This document shows, piece after piece, positions 30,555 to 40,921 of a DNA stretch of 64,000 bases (positions are counted from its first letter, which is position 1; every line of letters begins with the position of its first letter). The translations under genes and the position numbers were made by a program. This DNA comes from a virus. The notes beneath the pieces are model-generated. The model searched no databases. It was given only the letters and a program-made list of their open reading frames with translations, and was not told the origin of the DNA. The stretch covers positions 32,001-96,000 of the IMG/VR virus record IMGVR_UViG_3300017746_000001. One strand, given 5' to 3'.

Positions 30555-30705
30555 AAACTAACCTTGCATGGTATACCTTGTTTTTTACCTTTGTTTCTCT
30601 TCGATATTATCGGCCTTTTCCTCTTGGTAAAAAAAAACAAGGTATTGCAACCTTATTTTGTAAATGGTTTTTACCTTGTGTATTCAATTTATGGTTAAGG
30701 TAGTT
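30555..30705. repeat. AT-rich intergenic region with TACCTT/AAGGTA repeats and a long inverted repeat (candidate origin or operator)
   Basis: taccttgttttttacc (30574-30589) inverted against ggtaaaaaaaaacaaggta (30626-30644); further ACCTT/AAGGT copies; lies at the strand switch. Confidence 0.5.
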
Positions 30706-30783
30706 GTTGTTCAATTAATGCAGATGTTAGATTTCGCCCTATGAAAATGATTGCAACCATACAAGCATAACTGAATGAATGCC

Positions 30784-30795
30784 TTGATACGACAA
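30784..30795 (+). promoter_or_regulatory. GACAA-box promoter candidate (variant)
   Basis: ttgatacgacaa, 18 nt before the in-frame GTG at 30814. Confidence 0.5.
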
Positions 30796-30813
30796 TGACG
30801 CTTGACATGGTTC

Positions 30814-31173
30814 GTGCTGAAAGCGGAACAAGTCTTACTAACTGATGGAGTATCATTCGAAAATGTCTGGGTAGTGCCAGGAGATATTTCTATTCATGTC
30901 GTAACTCCTGATGGAGCAACACTAGATATTACTAGAGAGCAGGTTAAGTGGGTCAAATATACTGACGAGGTAGCTCAATGGATGACTCGCACTCTTGCAA
31001 TGGGGCTTATGGTCGATACATTCGAAGATGTCCAAGAAATATTAGAAGATCTAGAAGTTAGGGCCAATGAAGTACAAGACTATATCAGAAATCTTCACGA
31101 AGGCATGAATGAAGAATCTAATGAGGTTCCACAAGAACCCGTTACAAAAAGTAACAAATCCCCCTATGAGTGA
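30814..31173 (+). CDS. Hypothetical protein
   Basis: ORF track start is 30802; GTG at 30814 fits the promoter spacing. Confidence 0.7.
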   Translation: MLKAEQVLLTDGVSFENVWVVPGDISIHVVTPDGATLDITREQVKWVKYTDEVAQWMTRTLAMGLMVDTFEDVQEILEDLEVRANEVQDYIRNLHEGMNEESNEVPQEPVTKSNKSPYE

Positions 31174-31481
31174 TTATCATGTCTTTTTTCGAACAAAATA
31201 GCGATGATTTGAACCAAAGGTGTTTCAGAGGAGTCACCCTACTTACACATATAGCAGAAAATCCTGTGAAAAACGCACATCTAATAGACGATGTGATTGA
31301 ATTAGCAAGAGGCTTAAAGTTAGCATTAAATGAAAGGGGATTCGAAGGCGATGGAAAACCTATCCCTGAAAGTACGCAATTAGATGTGGTGGACCTAATA
31401 GCGTTGAAAGCAGTTTCCGGTCTGAAAGATTATTTCGCAAATAGACTGGTGGAAAACACCGATGAGGAGGATGAAATATGA
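31170..31481 (+). CDS. Hypothetical protein
   Basis: 103 aa; 4-nt overlaps with both neighbours. Confidence 0.75.
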   Translation: MIIMSFFEQNSDDLNQRCFRGVTLLTHIAENPVKNAHLIDDVIELARGLKLALNERGFEGDGKPIPESTQLDVVDLIALKAVSGLKDYFANRLVENTDEEDEI

Positions 31482-32914
31482 GCAACGAACAAATGAAAGC
31501 AGAATTGAACAGATACTTTACGGCTGTTGTCGATGAACAATACTTGAAACAATTCCCAGATATAAGCAGCCCAATGGGAACACCATTATTTTATGATGAT
31601 GCAGGAGTTTTGCATGCAAAACATATCTCAGAGAAAACCGGAATGACTGAAAACGCAGTCTTACAATCTTTTGAGGCGTGGAAAAATGTAGGGAACACTC
31701 CACCTACAGAGAAGCCTATCTCTTCTAGCATAGGCACCAGAGAAGGAGTAAATGGCAGAAGAGGAGCAATTGCTATGCCTCAAGTCTCTCCATTAGAAGT
31801 ACAAAGAAAGGAAAGACGAGAGGGTAGTATATTATCTTCCGTCAGAGATGATATGGGCGAAGTATTAGAACTTAGAAGATTGGAAAACGAGTTGGCTAGA
31901 GAGAATTATTCACATCAACCACCACCTAATGCCGGACCTACAAGCGATCTTACGGCAGTCATAACGGCTTTGGCACCCTTATTGAAGCAAGATAGGCCAT
32001 CGATGGACCCTATGACTATGACATTAATGAAGCAACTTAATGATAGAACACAGGACTCTACGGCTCAAATGATTGCTTTATTCAACATGAATCAGCAAAG
32101 CTCACAGCAATACATGACTATGTTAATGGAAACTATGCGTCAAGGAGGAAGCAGAACGGGTTTAGAAGATAGGTTGCTCAACCATAGCCTAGATAAAATG
32201 CTAAATGGAGGTAATGAAGGCCCAGAAGAGTCTATTTGGGGAGAACTTGTTCGAACGGGACAATTATCAGAGATTGTTCAGGGTGCAGCAGCAGGCATCG
32301 CAGGCATCGCACAAAGAAGACCTCCTATGGGAGAAAACCCATATGCAGGGGCTCAAACTGTTCAACAACTAGAACCTCCTGTTCAAAATGCCCCTCCTAA
32401 CCTTGCTCCTGAATTCGAAGCACCTGCTCCATCACCTATGCAATTCACTTATCAGGAAAAATGCACACACATTATGGACCAAATGATGAATAGTCTACCT
32501 GATGAATGGAAAAGCGATGGAAATACAATGCAATTACTAATGAATGTCGTGGAAGTTGCTGTAAAGAGGGCCGAAGACATACAACCGACAGATCTTCAAG
32601 AACAATTGAACTTGGCAGCAAAGGAAACTCTCCTTGTAGCGAATTTACGATTGGTAGGCACTTCTCTAAGTCGTATCGAAAAGGGAGAAGTTCCAGTCGA
32701 ATTGGCTGCGAATGTTTTGAAGCAGCATCCGTTGTGGCCTGTTTTCGAAACTGAGACTGCAGATTCACTCATATTTATGGCAAATCAGTATGAATCAGCA
32801 GATTTAGCAGACAGTCCTTCCTTGATACATGACCTAGAGTATTTGAATCGGCCAACCACAAAGCCGATAATCGATTCCCTTTTGGAAACAGCTAAGGGAG
32901 GTATGACAAGATGA
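31478..32914 (+). CDS. Met/Gln-rich hypothetical protein
   Basis: 478 aa; SD GAGGAGG. Confidence 0.8.
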   Translation: MSNEQMKAELNRYFTAVVDEQYLKQFPDISSPMGTPLFYDDAGVLHAKHISEKTGMTENAVLQSFEAWKNVGNTPPTEKPISSSIGTREGVNGRRGAIAMPQVSPLEVQRKERREGSILSSVRDDMGEVLELRRLENELARENYSHQPPPNAGPTSDLTAVITALAPLLKQDRPSMDPMTMTLMKQLNDRTQDSTAQMIALFNMNQQSSQQYMTMLMETMRQGGSRTGLEDRLLNHSLDKMLNGGNEGPEESIWGELVRTGQLSEIVQGAAAGIAGIAQRRPPMGENPYAGAQTVQQLEPPVQNAPPNLAPEFEAPAPSPMQFTYQEKCTHIMDQMMNSLPDEWKSDGNTMQLLMNVVEVAVKRAEDIQPTDLQEQLNLAAKETLLVANLRLVGTSLSRIEKGEVPVELAANVLKQHPLWPVFETETADSLIFMANQYESADLADSPSLIHDLEYLNRPTTKPIIDSLLETAKGGMTR

Positions 32915-33594
32915 GTATTGAATATTACAATTATGATTTAAGAAGAAGCAGAATGGGGGCTATGTTTGGAGACAAAGTAGCCATTAGAGAGGAATGGGTG
33001 AAGAGAACTCGCAGATATGTCGTCATGCAAGGGTTGGACCTCAATGCTCTTGCAACTTTTATCAAAAAGGGTCTATACGATAGGCGATGCGAAGGATTTA
33101 ACCAAAAGGCACTAGATGTTCCACTATCTGGCGCTCAACAATGGGTCTTGACATACATTATTCTTTCAGACTTCGGTGTTCCAGATTGGCTCAGAGACAA
33201 AGAAAAAGATGAAAATGTCCCTGCTATGGTAGTAGCAGAGCCGGAAGAAGACGATGATACAGTCGCTCAGGCATTGATTAAGCCTGCTGCAAGTATGGCA
33301 GAGGCCACTACTCAAGCAACCATTGATGCGGGTAGTGCGACTCTCAATGCTAGTAAAGCAGTAGTAGGAGCAGCCGCTTCAATAGCATCTGTGCCTGTAA
33401 AATCTCTAGCAGGACTTGTTAGAGGAACTGAGGCCGCAGCCAATGAAACTATTGAGGCTGTGGATCAGGCAATTACAGAGGCAACAGAAACCGCACCATT
33501 GGATGCAGAACACCCAGAAGCAACACAGGCTGACGCACAAGAAAACTCGGAAGACCAGGTTGAAAGTGTCGAAAGTGGTGAAAGTGGTGAGTAG
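32911..33594 (+). CDS. Hypothetical protein with Ala/Glu-rich C-terminus
   Basis: 227 aa; SD GGAGGT. Confidence 0.8.
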   Translation: MSIEYYNYDLRRSRMGAMFGDKVAIREEWVKRTRRYVVMQGLDLNALATFIKKGLYDRRCEGFNQKALDVPLSGAQQWVLTYIILSDFGVPDWLRDKEKDENVPAMVVAEPEEDDDTVAQALIKPAASMAEATTQATIDAGSATLNASKAVVGAAASIASVPVKSLAGLVRGTEAAANETIEAVDQAITEATETAPLDAEHPEATQADAQENSEDQVESVESGESGE

Positions 33595-33596
33595 TC

Positions 33597-34241
33597 GTGG
33601 AGGAAGAGGGCGAAAGCCAAAACTTCGACGGTCTATTGTACGAAGAACTAAGCCTTAATTATAGTGAGTCTCAAGAAGAAAAGCGAAAAACCGAGCAATT
33701 GAGAATTGGGTTGCTAGTATTTACCGTAGCTTTGATGATTCTTGGCCCCGCTTTGCAGTATTACTATGCAGATATGTTCCTGTATATTTTAGCAGCCGGA
33801 ATAGCATTTACCATTGGTACGAATCTGACGATTGGAATTCTTTCTATAAGAATCGAAGATAAAGCAGATGTTATGGAGAATAGAATCTCCGATCTGCTAG
33901 AGGAATTGAAAACTTCGACAGATGCATTGGCTGATTTTAATGATGTTTTGGGTAAAGTTCCTATCCATACTATGGTTGAATCTATAGAATCTGCTAGAAA
34001 TGAGATAGGACCTGCTCTTTCGAATATGCAAGATGTAGGTTGGGGCGAGATAACTGATGCGATTCAGACAACACTACGATGGGTCGATAAGTTGGATATG
34101 GATAAAATCCAAGGAATGATTCAGCCCTTTGTAATTGAAGCCCCTGTTATACAAATTTTAGATGATCCATTCGGAGTTCAAGTTGAGGTTGAAGCCGTAC
34201 CAGATTTCTTCCCACCCCCACCGCCTTCTCATAGAGGATAG
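33597..34241 (+). CDS. Two-TM membrane protein with coiled coil
   Basis: 214 aa; two hydrophobic helices; poly-Pro tail. Confidence 0.75.
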   Translation: MEEEGESQNFDGLLYEELSLNYSESQEEKRKTEQLRIGLLVFTVALMILGPALQYYYADMFLYILAAGIAFTIGTNLTIGILSIRIEDKADVMENRISDLLEELKTSTDALADFNDVLGKVPIHTMVESIESARNEIGPALSNMQDVGWGEITDAIQTTLRWVDKLDMDKIQGMIQPFVIEAPVIQILDDPFGVQVEVEAVPDFFPPPPPSHRG

Positions 34242-34385
34242 AATTCCACAAGAAATCAGGGGGTAGGGGGGTATCAAAACTCGCTTAGTTAATATCGTAT
34301 GCGAATGTGGAGACACATATACTGCAATTGATTACCATAGATGCCTAAGTTGTGGAAAGAAACTACAAATCTTCTGATTGTTATT

Positions 34386-34802
34386 TTACCAGTCAGTAAT
34401 TGCCCCTTTAGGCATATTTTGAGAACTAAGAATATATTCCCCTAGAGTACGGTGTCCTCCTCCTTCTTTCTCGACCCTTACTGTTCCAACTCTTCTAAAG
34501 TCAGGGTGTTTGAATACACCCCCTATGACTCTTCTATCAACACCAGGAGGAGGAGGTAGTGCTTTACATACAAGATAAATATTTACCTTTTGACCCATTA
34601 AACATCTATTCTTCGCCCATTTCCTTGCTTCTGCTATCCATAGGGCAGTCGGGTCTCTTCTTTTTTTGACATATGATTCTGGACCTGTTTTTAGATTGAG
34701 TTCTGATAGCCTCTTTCTAAGCATAAGCTCACGACTCTCTGAACCTATGCCTATAGTTCCTTTGATTACTGAAATGATTTGTTCCATATGATCATCCCTC
34801 AT
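34386..34802 (-). CDS. Hypothetical protein
   Basis: Probable ATG overlapping the RusA stop (TGATG). Confidence 0.7.
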   Translation of the reverse strand: MRDDHMEQIISVIKGTIGIGSESRELMLRKRLSELNLKTGPESYVKKRRDPTALWIAEARKWAKNRCLMGQKVNIYLVCKALPPPPGVDRRVIGGVFKHPDFRRVGTVRVEKEGGGHRTLGEYILSSQNMPKGAITDW

Positions 34803-35296
34803 CAAATCGCCTCCATTATTGAATCCACCATATTCTTCCAAGGGTTGTCATCTGATAAAATTTCATCTATTGTTACGAGAGTATAGGGCTTTTCACCTTG
34901 AGCAAGTTCAATTTTAGTCACTAGAAGAGAACAAACAAGATTATCGTCAGTAGCAACAATGCCAGATGCTAATAATGCATCCATGTAGTGTTTAGCGATG
35001 TTATCAACATCTGGGCCGTTTGCCTTCAAACAGGCTTTTGCTGGATTTTTTACTCTATGTTTGTATTTTGGACATTCAAACATTGCATGTATTCGTACTT
35101 CTAATGCACCTTCAAGTCTTTGCTTGCCTTTCATTTTTTTTTCGGCCATTTTTTTAATTTTTATGGAGGATTCGTGATTTTTTTTTGTTGGGTGTGTCAT
35201 TACGCCTTTAGGAGTTCGACGGAATCGTGGCCTTGCAGCCGCTACAGGTTGTCCATCGATCTTGATTTCAAACCTACTCAGTTGTCTCCCCCCCAC
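34802..35296 (-). CDS. rusA: RusA-family Holliday junction resolvase
   Basis: GQPVAAARPR, PDVDNIAK..DAL, DD.LV..L...K motifs. Confidence 0.85.
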   Translation of the reverse strand: MGGRQLSRFEIKIDGQPVAAARPRFRRTPKGVMTHPTKKNHESSIKIKKMAEKKMKGKQRLEGALEVRIHAMFECPKYKHRVKNPAKACLKANGPDVDNIAKHYMDALLASGIVATDDNLVCSLLVTKIELAQGEKPYTLVTIDEILSDDNPWKNMVDSIMEAI

Positions 35297-35475
35297 TCTT
35301 TGACAACATCATAAATCATTTCAGCCCAAGACTTCCATCCTCGCTGATATTTTATTATCATTAATTGTGCTTTAATCGTAACTGGAACATCTCTTGCGAC
35401 TATGTAACAAGTTTCTATTGGCTGTAAAGTAGGTTGTTCTTCATCGTCGTTCGGACTTGCCACTTCATCTCCCAT
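35278..35475 (-). CDS. Small hypothetical protein, possibly RHH-like DNA-binding
   Basis: ATG at 35475 lies 18 nt after the GACAA box. Confidence 0.55.
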   Translation of the reverse strand: MGDEVASPNDDEEQPTLQPIETCYIVARDVPVTIKAQLMIIKYQRGWKSWAEMIYDVVKEWGGDN

Positions 35476-35493
35476 ACCTCTATTCAAGAGTTA

Positions 35494-35505
35494 TTGTCCT
35501 TTGAC
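35494..35505 (-). promoter_or_regulatory. GACAA-box promoter candidate
   Basis: GTCAAAGGACAA, 18 nt before ATG 35475. Confidence 0.55.
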
Positions 35506-35546
35506 CGTTCCGAAAGCAATATCCGTCAAACCCCCTGTCGAGCATC

Positions 35547-36047
35547 ATGGAAGAGGATATGCCATTCCCAATAGGGTCGGCTCTGAAACGACCTATAGGG
35601 TACAATTTGTACCATTGGGGCATCGCTTCTGAGTTCTATGACCCTGAAACAAAAAAACAGATGATTTATCAGTTCGGAGGCCCATTTCAAGGATTATTGG
35701 AAAACCCTGATGTTAAGACAAAATTTGTAAATGCCGTTTGGCCTAGTACGAAAAGTGGCTCACATACAGGAATACACATTGGATTGACCCCCTATGATGT
35801 ATTTTCAGAAAATAAGAAAATTGAAGTTGTTGAAGTCCCAGAGAACCCCGTACCTGTATTAGATAGAGCGAAGGAGCTTCTCCATAGATCTGATTACAAC
35901 CCTGCGATAAGGAATTGCGAGCATTATGCTAACTATGCCCTTTCTGGTTCTTGGCAATCAGTACAAAGTAAAAAGGTCTTTTCTGAAGCTATGCAAATAG
36001 CAGGTTTGGCTTTGGTTGCTGCAGTATTCGGGGGAAGTAAGAATTAA
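35547..36047 (+). CDS. LRAT/NC-domain (permuted papain-like) protein
   Basis: YHWGI ... YNPAIRNCEHYANY; C-terminal hydrophobic helix. Confidence 0.8.
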   Translation: MEEDMPFPIGSALKRPIGYNLYHWGIASEFYDPETKKQMIYQFGGPFQGLLENPDVKTKFVNAVWPSTKSGSHTGIHIGLTPYDVFSENKKIEVVEVPENPVPVLDRAKELLHRSDYNPAIRNCEHYANYALSGSWQSVQSKKVFSEAMQIAGLALVAAVFGGSKN

Positions 36048-36065
36048 TGGGCAATACCCAATCCC

Positions 36066-36833
36066 TTGCTTGTGCCTAGCCATCGGCCCCCAGTAACTTT
36101 CACCCCAATTAAGACTGTCCCAGAAGTTGGAGATAAAATAACAGCCCTCCCAAAAGTAAGTTTTTGTGAGATTATGAAAATTACAATTCACCCAAATATC
36201 AATCAATTATTCGGAGATTATCTTTTAATGGGCTCATGCCAATATGAACTGTGGCTATCTAAAGAAGGCGAGGAAGCAGAGTTTGGAAAAATATTGGCTC
36301 CTTCTAATCATTTGTCGTGGCTTGGAGATCATTGGGTGTTATTTCAGCACCCCTACAAGATTACTATTGACGAAGGAGTTGGTCAAGACTGGTGCGTAAC
36401 CAACCCTAATACGCAAAAAACAATTCGAATGGTTGCTAAAGATGCCAAAGATGCAATAGAAGCACATAAGGAATATTTAGAAAAAATTGACGAATCATGC
36501 CCAGATGATTTCTATGTAGGAGAAGCTTACATGGCATCAATTGAGTTGGATGCTAATAAGTTGCTTAGGCAAATAGCAAAAGACATTACAAAACAAAAGC
36601 ACCCTCTCAGCCCGTTGCATGGAATGGATGTCAATAGTTCTGCATTCTTGTCTTTGACTTCTCAGTTGGCTTTCTTGGATAATTCGAAAATAGATAAATT
36701 CGTTAGAATTGTTGAAAACGCCTTTTTGGATTTGACAAATGGCAATGGTTTCCAATGGTATACAGAGGGTCAAACGACACAATATTGCTCCACATGTGTC
36801 AACAAGATTTTGTCTTGTAAATGTATTGAGTGA
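36066..36833 (+). CDS. Hypothetical protein with C-terminal Cys cluster
   Basis: 255 aa ORF; CSTC..CKC; start uncertain. Confidence 0.65.
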   Translation: MLVPSHRPPVTFTPIKTVPEVGDKITALPKVSFCEIMKITIHPNINQLFGDYLLMGSCQYELWLSKEGEEAEFGKILAPSNHLSWLGDHWVLFQHPYKITIDEGVGQDWCVTNPNTQKTIRMVAKDAKDAIEAHKEYLEKIDESCPDDFYVGEAYMASIELDANKLLRQIAKDITKQKHPLSPLHGMDVNSSAFLSLTSQLAFLDNSKIDKFVRIVENAFLDLTNGNGFQWYTEGQTTQYCSTCVNKILSCKCIE

Positions 36834-36842
36834 AGAACAGAC

Positions 36843-36854
36843 TTCAAACGACAA
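36843..36854 (+). promoter_or_regulatory. GACAA-box promoter candidate
   Basis: TTCAAACGACAA, 17 nt before the in-frame GTG at 36872. Confidence 0.6.
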
Positions 36855-36871
36855 GACCGCTTGCTATATTT

Positions 36872-37507
36872 GTGTCTGAGGATTGGAGAAGTCAATACCT
36901 TCCGAGTAATACTACTGCCGCCGAGGAAATGGAGGATTTCCCTACCTCAAACACACCCGTAGTTGAAAAGGAAATCTTTGAGAGCGTTGAGGAACCATTA
37001 GATGAAAAGACTGTGGTGAATCTGTTAGAAGAAGGCCCTGAATCACAACTTTCTGTAGTCCTCGATAATCAACAGCGATTGATGATGGCAATAGATCAGA
37101 TGGCCTCTGGATTCTCTAGTCAATTACAAATACTCGCTAGAAGAATCGATAATTTTGAGAGAGTGCTTGAACAATCTCAAGGACAGCCTACGATGACCAA
37201 CTTATTGTTTGATGCGCCAGAAGTTTTTGAAAAGGTAGTGACTAGAGAGGATGATTCCTCAGAACTTATGCGAGCTGATGTGATGGGAAATCATGTTCCA
37301 GCAATTCAGCCTAAAACCCCCGACCTTCAATTTGAAATTCCCGACGAAGTTGAGTCTCTGATAGATTTTGACCCGCATTTCCCTGTTTCAATTGAGACTC
37401 AAGTTGCATTCCACATGTGGAAGATTAAGAAATCGACATGGAATGAATTTGTCAAAGTTGCAGGTGGACCGAAAAAGGCAAAAACAGCCAGAGAACTGAT
37501 TGAGTAG
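36872..37507 (+). CDS. Acidic hypothetical protein with coiled coil
   Basis: ORF track start is 36830; GTG at 36872 fits the promoter spacing. Confidence 0.7.
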   Translation: MSEDWRSQYLPSNTTAAEEMEDFPTSNTPVVEKEIFESVEEPLDEKTVVNLLEEGPESQLSVVLDNQQRLMMAIDQMASGFSSQLQILARRIDNFERVLEQSQGQPTMTNLLFDAPEVFEKVVTREDDSSELMRADVMGNHVPAIQPKTPDLQFEIPDEVESLIDFDPHFPVSIETQVAFHMWKIKKSTWNEFVKVAGGPKKAKTARELIE

Positions 37508-37543
37508 TGTCAATCTCTAAACGGCTGACCCCTATCCTTTGCC

Positions 37544-40063
37544 ATGGCCGAAGACCTTGTGATGCATTGGTTGGTTCGGCTTAGAGACATTTCAAACAAT
37601 AGAGTCCCAGACATTTCATTGCTCAATGTTGCTCGAAGATTGGGTGGTGTTTCTGGAGACAAACCCCTTGAGAGCAAGTATTATCGGGAAAAGGAACAGA
37701 TAGATGATTCGGTTTTAGAAAAAATAGTCGATGGCTTGAAAGAAGCCTACAACAAAGATAGAGTAGTACCTGGAGAAAATGTAGGTGTTATTGCGGCTCA
37801 TTCCATTTCTGAACCTGGTACTCAGATGACAATGAGGACATTTCATTATGCAGGGGTCGCGAATACGGTCAATCCGTTGGATGCGATGATTGCGGAACAA
37901 TCGATGGTTCGAAGAATATACACAATGGGTCTTGCATTGGGTGAAGATATTAAATTAGATAGAGAAAAGGCCGAAAAATTGCGTTTTGGCGTTATGAGAA
38001 CAAAATTGGGAGATGTTTGCGATATTGATTTCATAGATTATGAATCACAAGATGATATTGTGATTACAATGAAAAAGAAGTCTTCGGAAGATTCTGATGA
38101 AGAATGGGCGGCACTCAATAGTGACAATAGGTTTCCATCTTCTGATGAACTTGTTGAAGCGTTTCAGACTGTTTTCTTTTTCAATTACGCTGGAGACCGG
38201 CGGTCTGATCCAGCAACGAGAGGAATGGAGATGCCTGGTTTGAGGTCGAACATTTCTGTTGGTAAAAATGAAGATGATTCGGTATTTGTCAGGATGCCTC
38301 ACTTCCCTGCTCGGTATAGGACTTCCTTACTGCACCTATTACACAATCTAGAGATTTGCAACAACTGTTCTTACCCCATACAATACATGAAAACACAACA
38401 CCATTCTGAAAAAACCAAAGTAATTTCTAGAGATGATGAATCGGTGCCTTCCAACGAGGATTACTTGGCGATGGCAAAGAATTACATGGACTTTGTTGAA
38501 AGTGGAGACATAGGCCAGATTGGGTTTGTCGAGGACTTAGCCCCAAAGAATAGGGAATCTTTGGCCGATGATGCCGTAGCCGAAGACCTCTTTGAAAAAA
38601 TAGTTGAGGCTTCAAACGACTCAGAGGTTGAGAACTTTGAGGAATTATCTTACGGTTCTCCAGAATGGGCATTAGGGATTCGTAAGCTCTGGACTGCTAC
38701 GCCTGCACACTATACTTTGGAGTTAGCCACTCAGACAGATTTCAAGTGCTGCAGAAGATGTGGCTTGGGTTGGCAGTTAGCTTCGGCAACACTTCGGCAA
38801 GTTGGAGACATAGACATAGACTACCTTATGTCGGAAGATATTTCGATTACAGATAAAACAAAAGTAAAGGATGGTTTTACCAATTTGTATAGTCAGTTGA
38901 CTAAAATTGCAGATCACCCACTAGATGATGTCAATTACGAGATTGTAAGTAAAGGTGATTCTAAAGGTAAGCAGATTCCATCCGATGTTTATGAGGGCGT
39001 TTATCCTGGTTCTGGCCGCGAAGGTTCACTTACAGATTATCCTATACAAACAATGTCTTCTGGCAGAGGAATTGCAGGAGGCGTTGAGGGAGAGTATTTC
39101 CTATATGTTGTAGGCTCAGACACTCGAGGTTCGTCTGATTTCGTTTCTTCCTTACTTAGTGGCCCTGCAGCGAGAAGTTACTTCAATTCACCTATTGCTA
39201 ACGGAAAGGGCTTTTCTAAGGATGTTTGGAAGGATAAACAAAGAGCGTCTTTCGCAGGTTATTTTGCTTTGACCGATGGAGATGATAGGTTTGATTTCAT
39301 GCGTTCAACTTGTGATGATCCGCGACAAGTGTACCATGCTTTAGGGATAGAGCCCGCTAGGATGGTTTTGTTAGAGAATTTGTACCATATTGAAACAAAT
39401 AGCGATGCAGATATAGCAGAGTTCGGAATTTCAAGTGCGGGGCTAGGAGTCCACATTAGCCACATGAGTTTGTTGATTGATGCACTTTGTAGCGGAACTA
39501 CCATGACCACTATCAGGAGTCAATCTTCCATCCAGGGAGGGCAAGGCATCGTTTCTAGAAAAGGCTCTATATCCAAGCAGTTACCAGATGGTTCGCTCGT
39601 TAATTATGGAGAGATGTTAGCCATCGCATCTTATGAAACAGCAAATAGAGTCTTAATGGATGCCTCTTTAATGGGTGTCGTTGATAGAATTCGTTCACTT
39701 AAAGGAGTACAGATTGTAGGAAATTTCGAAAATATAGGTTTTGATGGCACACCTCACAGAAGTAAAGGAGAAAATCTGCATCTTGTTGATGAATTGATAG
39801 CCCTACAAGGAGTAAAAGGGACAAAAGGCATAGGTGGGTTGAAAAAGCAAATCATCGATGAAATGGATTCCTATGTAAGTGAATTATTCAGTGAAGGCTA
39901 TACAATTACTGGTATGATGGAACTTCGAGAGTATGGCCCTCAGTTTGCACAATCTGACAAGTTCGCAATCTTGGCTCGCGACCCTGAATTTTTAGAACTC
40001 AAGTCAAAGCTCAAACGGGTTTTGGCTCGAATAGAAGAGATAAGAAATATTCTTGCGATCTAA
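37544..40063 (+). CDS. rpoA2: Divergent, enlarged archaeal RNA polymerase subunit Rpo1C (A'')
   Basis: [31 protein letters not shown] trigger-loop region; C-terminal [18 protein letters not shown] and ASYET..L..AS..G.VD blocks; 839 aa. Confidence 0.9.
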   Translation: MAEDLVMHWLVRLRDISNNRVPDISLLNVARRLGGVSGDKPLESKYYREKEQIDDSVLEKIVDGLKEAYNKDRVVPGENVGVIAAHSISEPGTQMTMRTFHYAGVANTVNPLDAMIAEQSMVRRIYTMGLALGEDIKLDREKAEKLRFGVMRTKLGDVCDIDFIDYESQDDIVITMKKKSSEDSDEEWAALNSDNRFPSSDELVEAFQTVFFFNYAGDRRSDPATRGMEMPGLRSNISVGKNEDDSVFVRMPHFPARYRTSLLHLLHNLEICNNCSYPIQYMKTQHHSEKTKVISRDDESVPSNEDYLAMAKNYMDFVESGDIGQIGFVEDLAPKNRESLADDAVAEDLFEKIVEASNDSEVENFEELSYGSPEWALGIRKLWTATPAHYTLELATQTDFKCCRRCGLGWQLASATLRQVGDIDIDYLMSEDISITDKTKVKDGFTNLYSQLTKIADHPLDDVNYEIVSKGDSKGKQIPSDVYEGVYPGSGREGSLTDYPIQTMSSGRGIAGGVEGEYFLYVVGSDTRGSSDFVSSLLSGPAARSYFNSPIANGKGFSKDVWKDKQRASFAGYFALTDGDDRFDFMRSTCDDPRQVYHALGIEPARMVLLENLYHIETNSDADIAEFGISSAGLGVHISHMSLLIDALCSGTTMTTIRSQSSIQGGQGIVSRKGSISKQLPDGSLVNYGEMLAIASYETANRVLMDASLMGVVDRIRSLKGVQIVGNFENIGFDGTPHRSKGENLHLVDELIALQGVKGTKGIGGLKKQIIDEMDSYVSELFSEGYTITGMMELREYGPQFAQSDKFAILARDPEFLELKSKLKRVLARIEEIRNILAI

Positions 40064-40449
40064 ATGCCGTAAATCGCATTATCTCTTAGCCTCTTACTAG
40101 CTTCTTCTTCGGAAGTGTTCTGGGGCGGTTGAGGCTCTGGAGTAGGTTCTGGCTCATCTTGAGGTTCTTCTTCGCTCTGCGGGGGCTCTACGGGCTCAAT
40201 TTCGAGAGTCTCTTCTACATCTTCAACTTCTTCGGCTTCATTTTCCTTTACCTCTTCTGGATTAAGTTCCTCTAATGCTTTTTGTTCCTCTTCATCTCTA
40301 GGGTATTCTTCTGTTTTGGACTTTACAGCATTACTTTCTCCAATGAAATATCTGCCTTCTTTGTATTTTTTCCAAAGAATAGAGATTTCTTCGTTTTCTA
40401 TACCTGAATGTTGGTGTTTGAATTGAGGCCATGTCATCTCGTCAGTCAT
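40060..40449 (-). CDS. Acidic protein with WPQF...EEIS.LW..YKE domain
   Basis: 129 aa; domain shared with 45738-46166. Confidence 0.75.
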   Translation of the reverse strand: MTDEMTWPQFKHQHSGIENEEISILWKKYKEGRYFIGESNAVKSKTEEYPRDEEEQKALEELNPEEVKENEAEEVEDVEETLEIEPVEPPQSEEEPQDEPEPTPEPQPPQNTSEEEASKRLRDNAIYGI

Positions 40450-40877
40450 TAGAACGCCCTCCTTACTTCTTTAATGATTTCTTGAACCATATCTTTCGCT
40501 TCTTGAGTTAGCATTTTTGCCATGTGATCGTGATAATCACGCTTGGATTTGATTTCTTTCAAAGAAGTTAGTAAATCTTCGCTTACTTTATCCGCCTTTT
40601 CAAACAATTCAATAGCATCTTGCTCTAACATAGCCTCTCCAGTAAACAAATCCACTAGTTGTTCTTTCGCTTCAAGTATTTCCTCAACTGGATTGTATTC
40701 TTCCTTTTCCTCTTCTTCTCCATCAAGATGAACTGCTTCTGTCAGCCAAAGAAGTTCCTCTAATGCTTCATTCTCTGCCATCTCATGCAGTTTCTTATAG
40801 TTCTGATATGTCTTGCTTGCTTGCGCCAAACTCAAATTATTTTTGGAGCAAAGTTTCCTCCATTCGTTCCAGTTCAT
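40449..40877 (-). CDS. Acidic helical hypothetical protein
   Basis: 142 aa ORF. Confidence 0.75.
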   Translation of the reverse strand: MNWNEWRKLCSKNNLSLAQASKTYQNYKKLHEMAENEALEELLWLTEAVHLDGEEEEKEEYNPVEEILEAKEQLVDLFTGEAMLEQDAIELFEKADKVSEDLLTSLKEIKSKRDYHDHMAKMLTQEAKDMVQEIIKEVRRAF

Positions 40878-40895
40878 ACAATATTGTAGGGATGC

Positions 40896-40907
40896 TTGTC
40901 GTTTGAA
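40896..40907 (-). promoter_or_regulatory. GACAA-box promoter candidate
   Basis: TTCAAACGACAA, 18 nt before ATG 40877. Confidence 0.6.
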
Positions 40908-40921
40908 TGCTTCTAGAGTTT

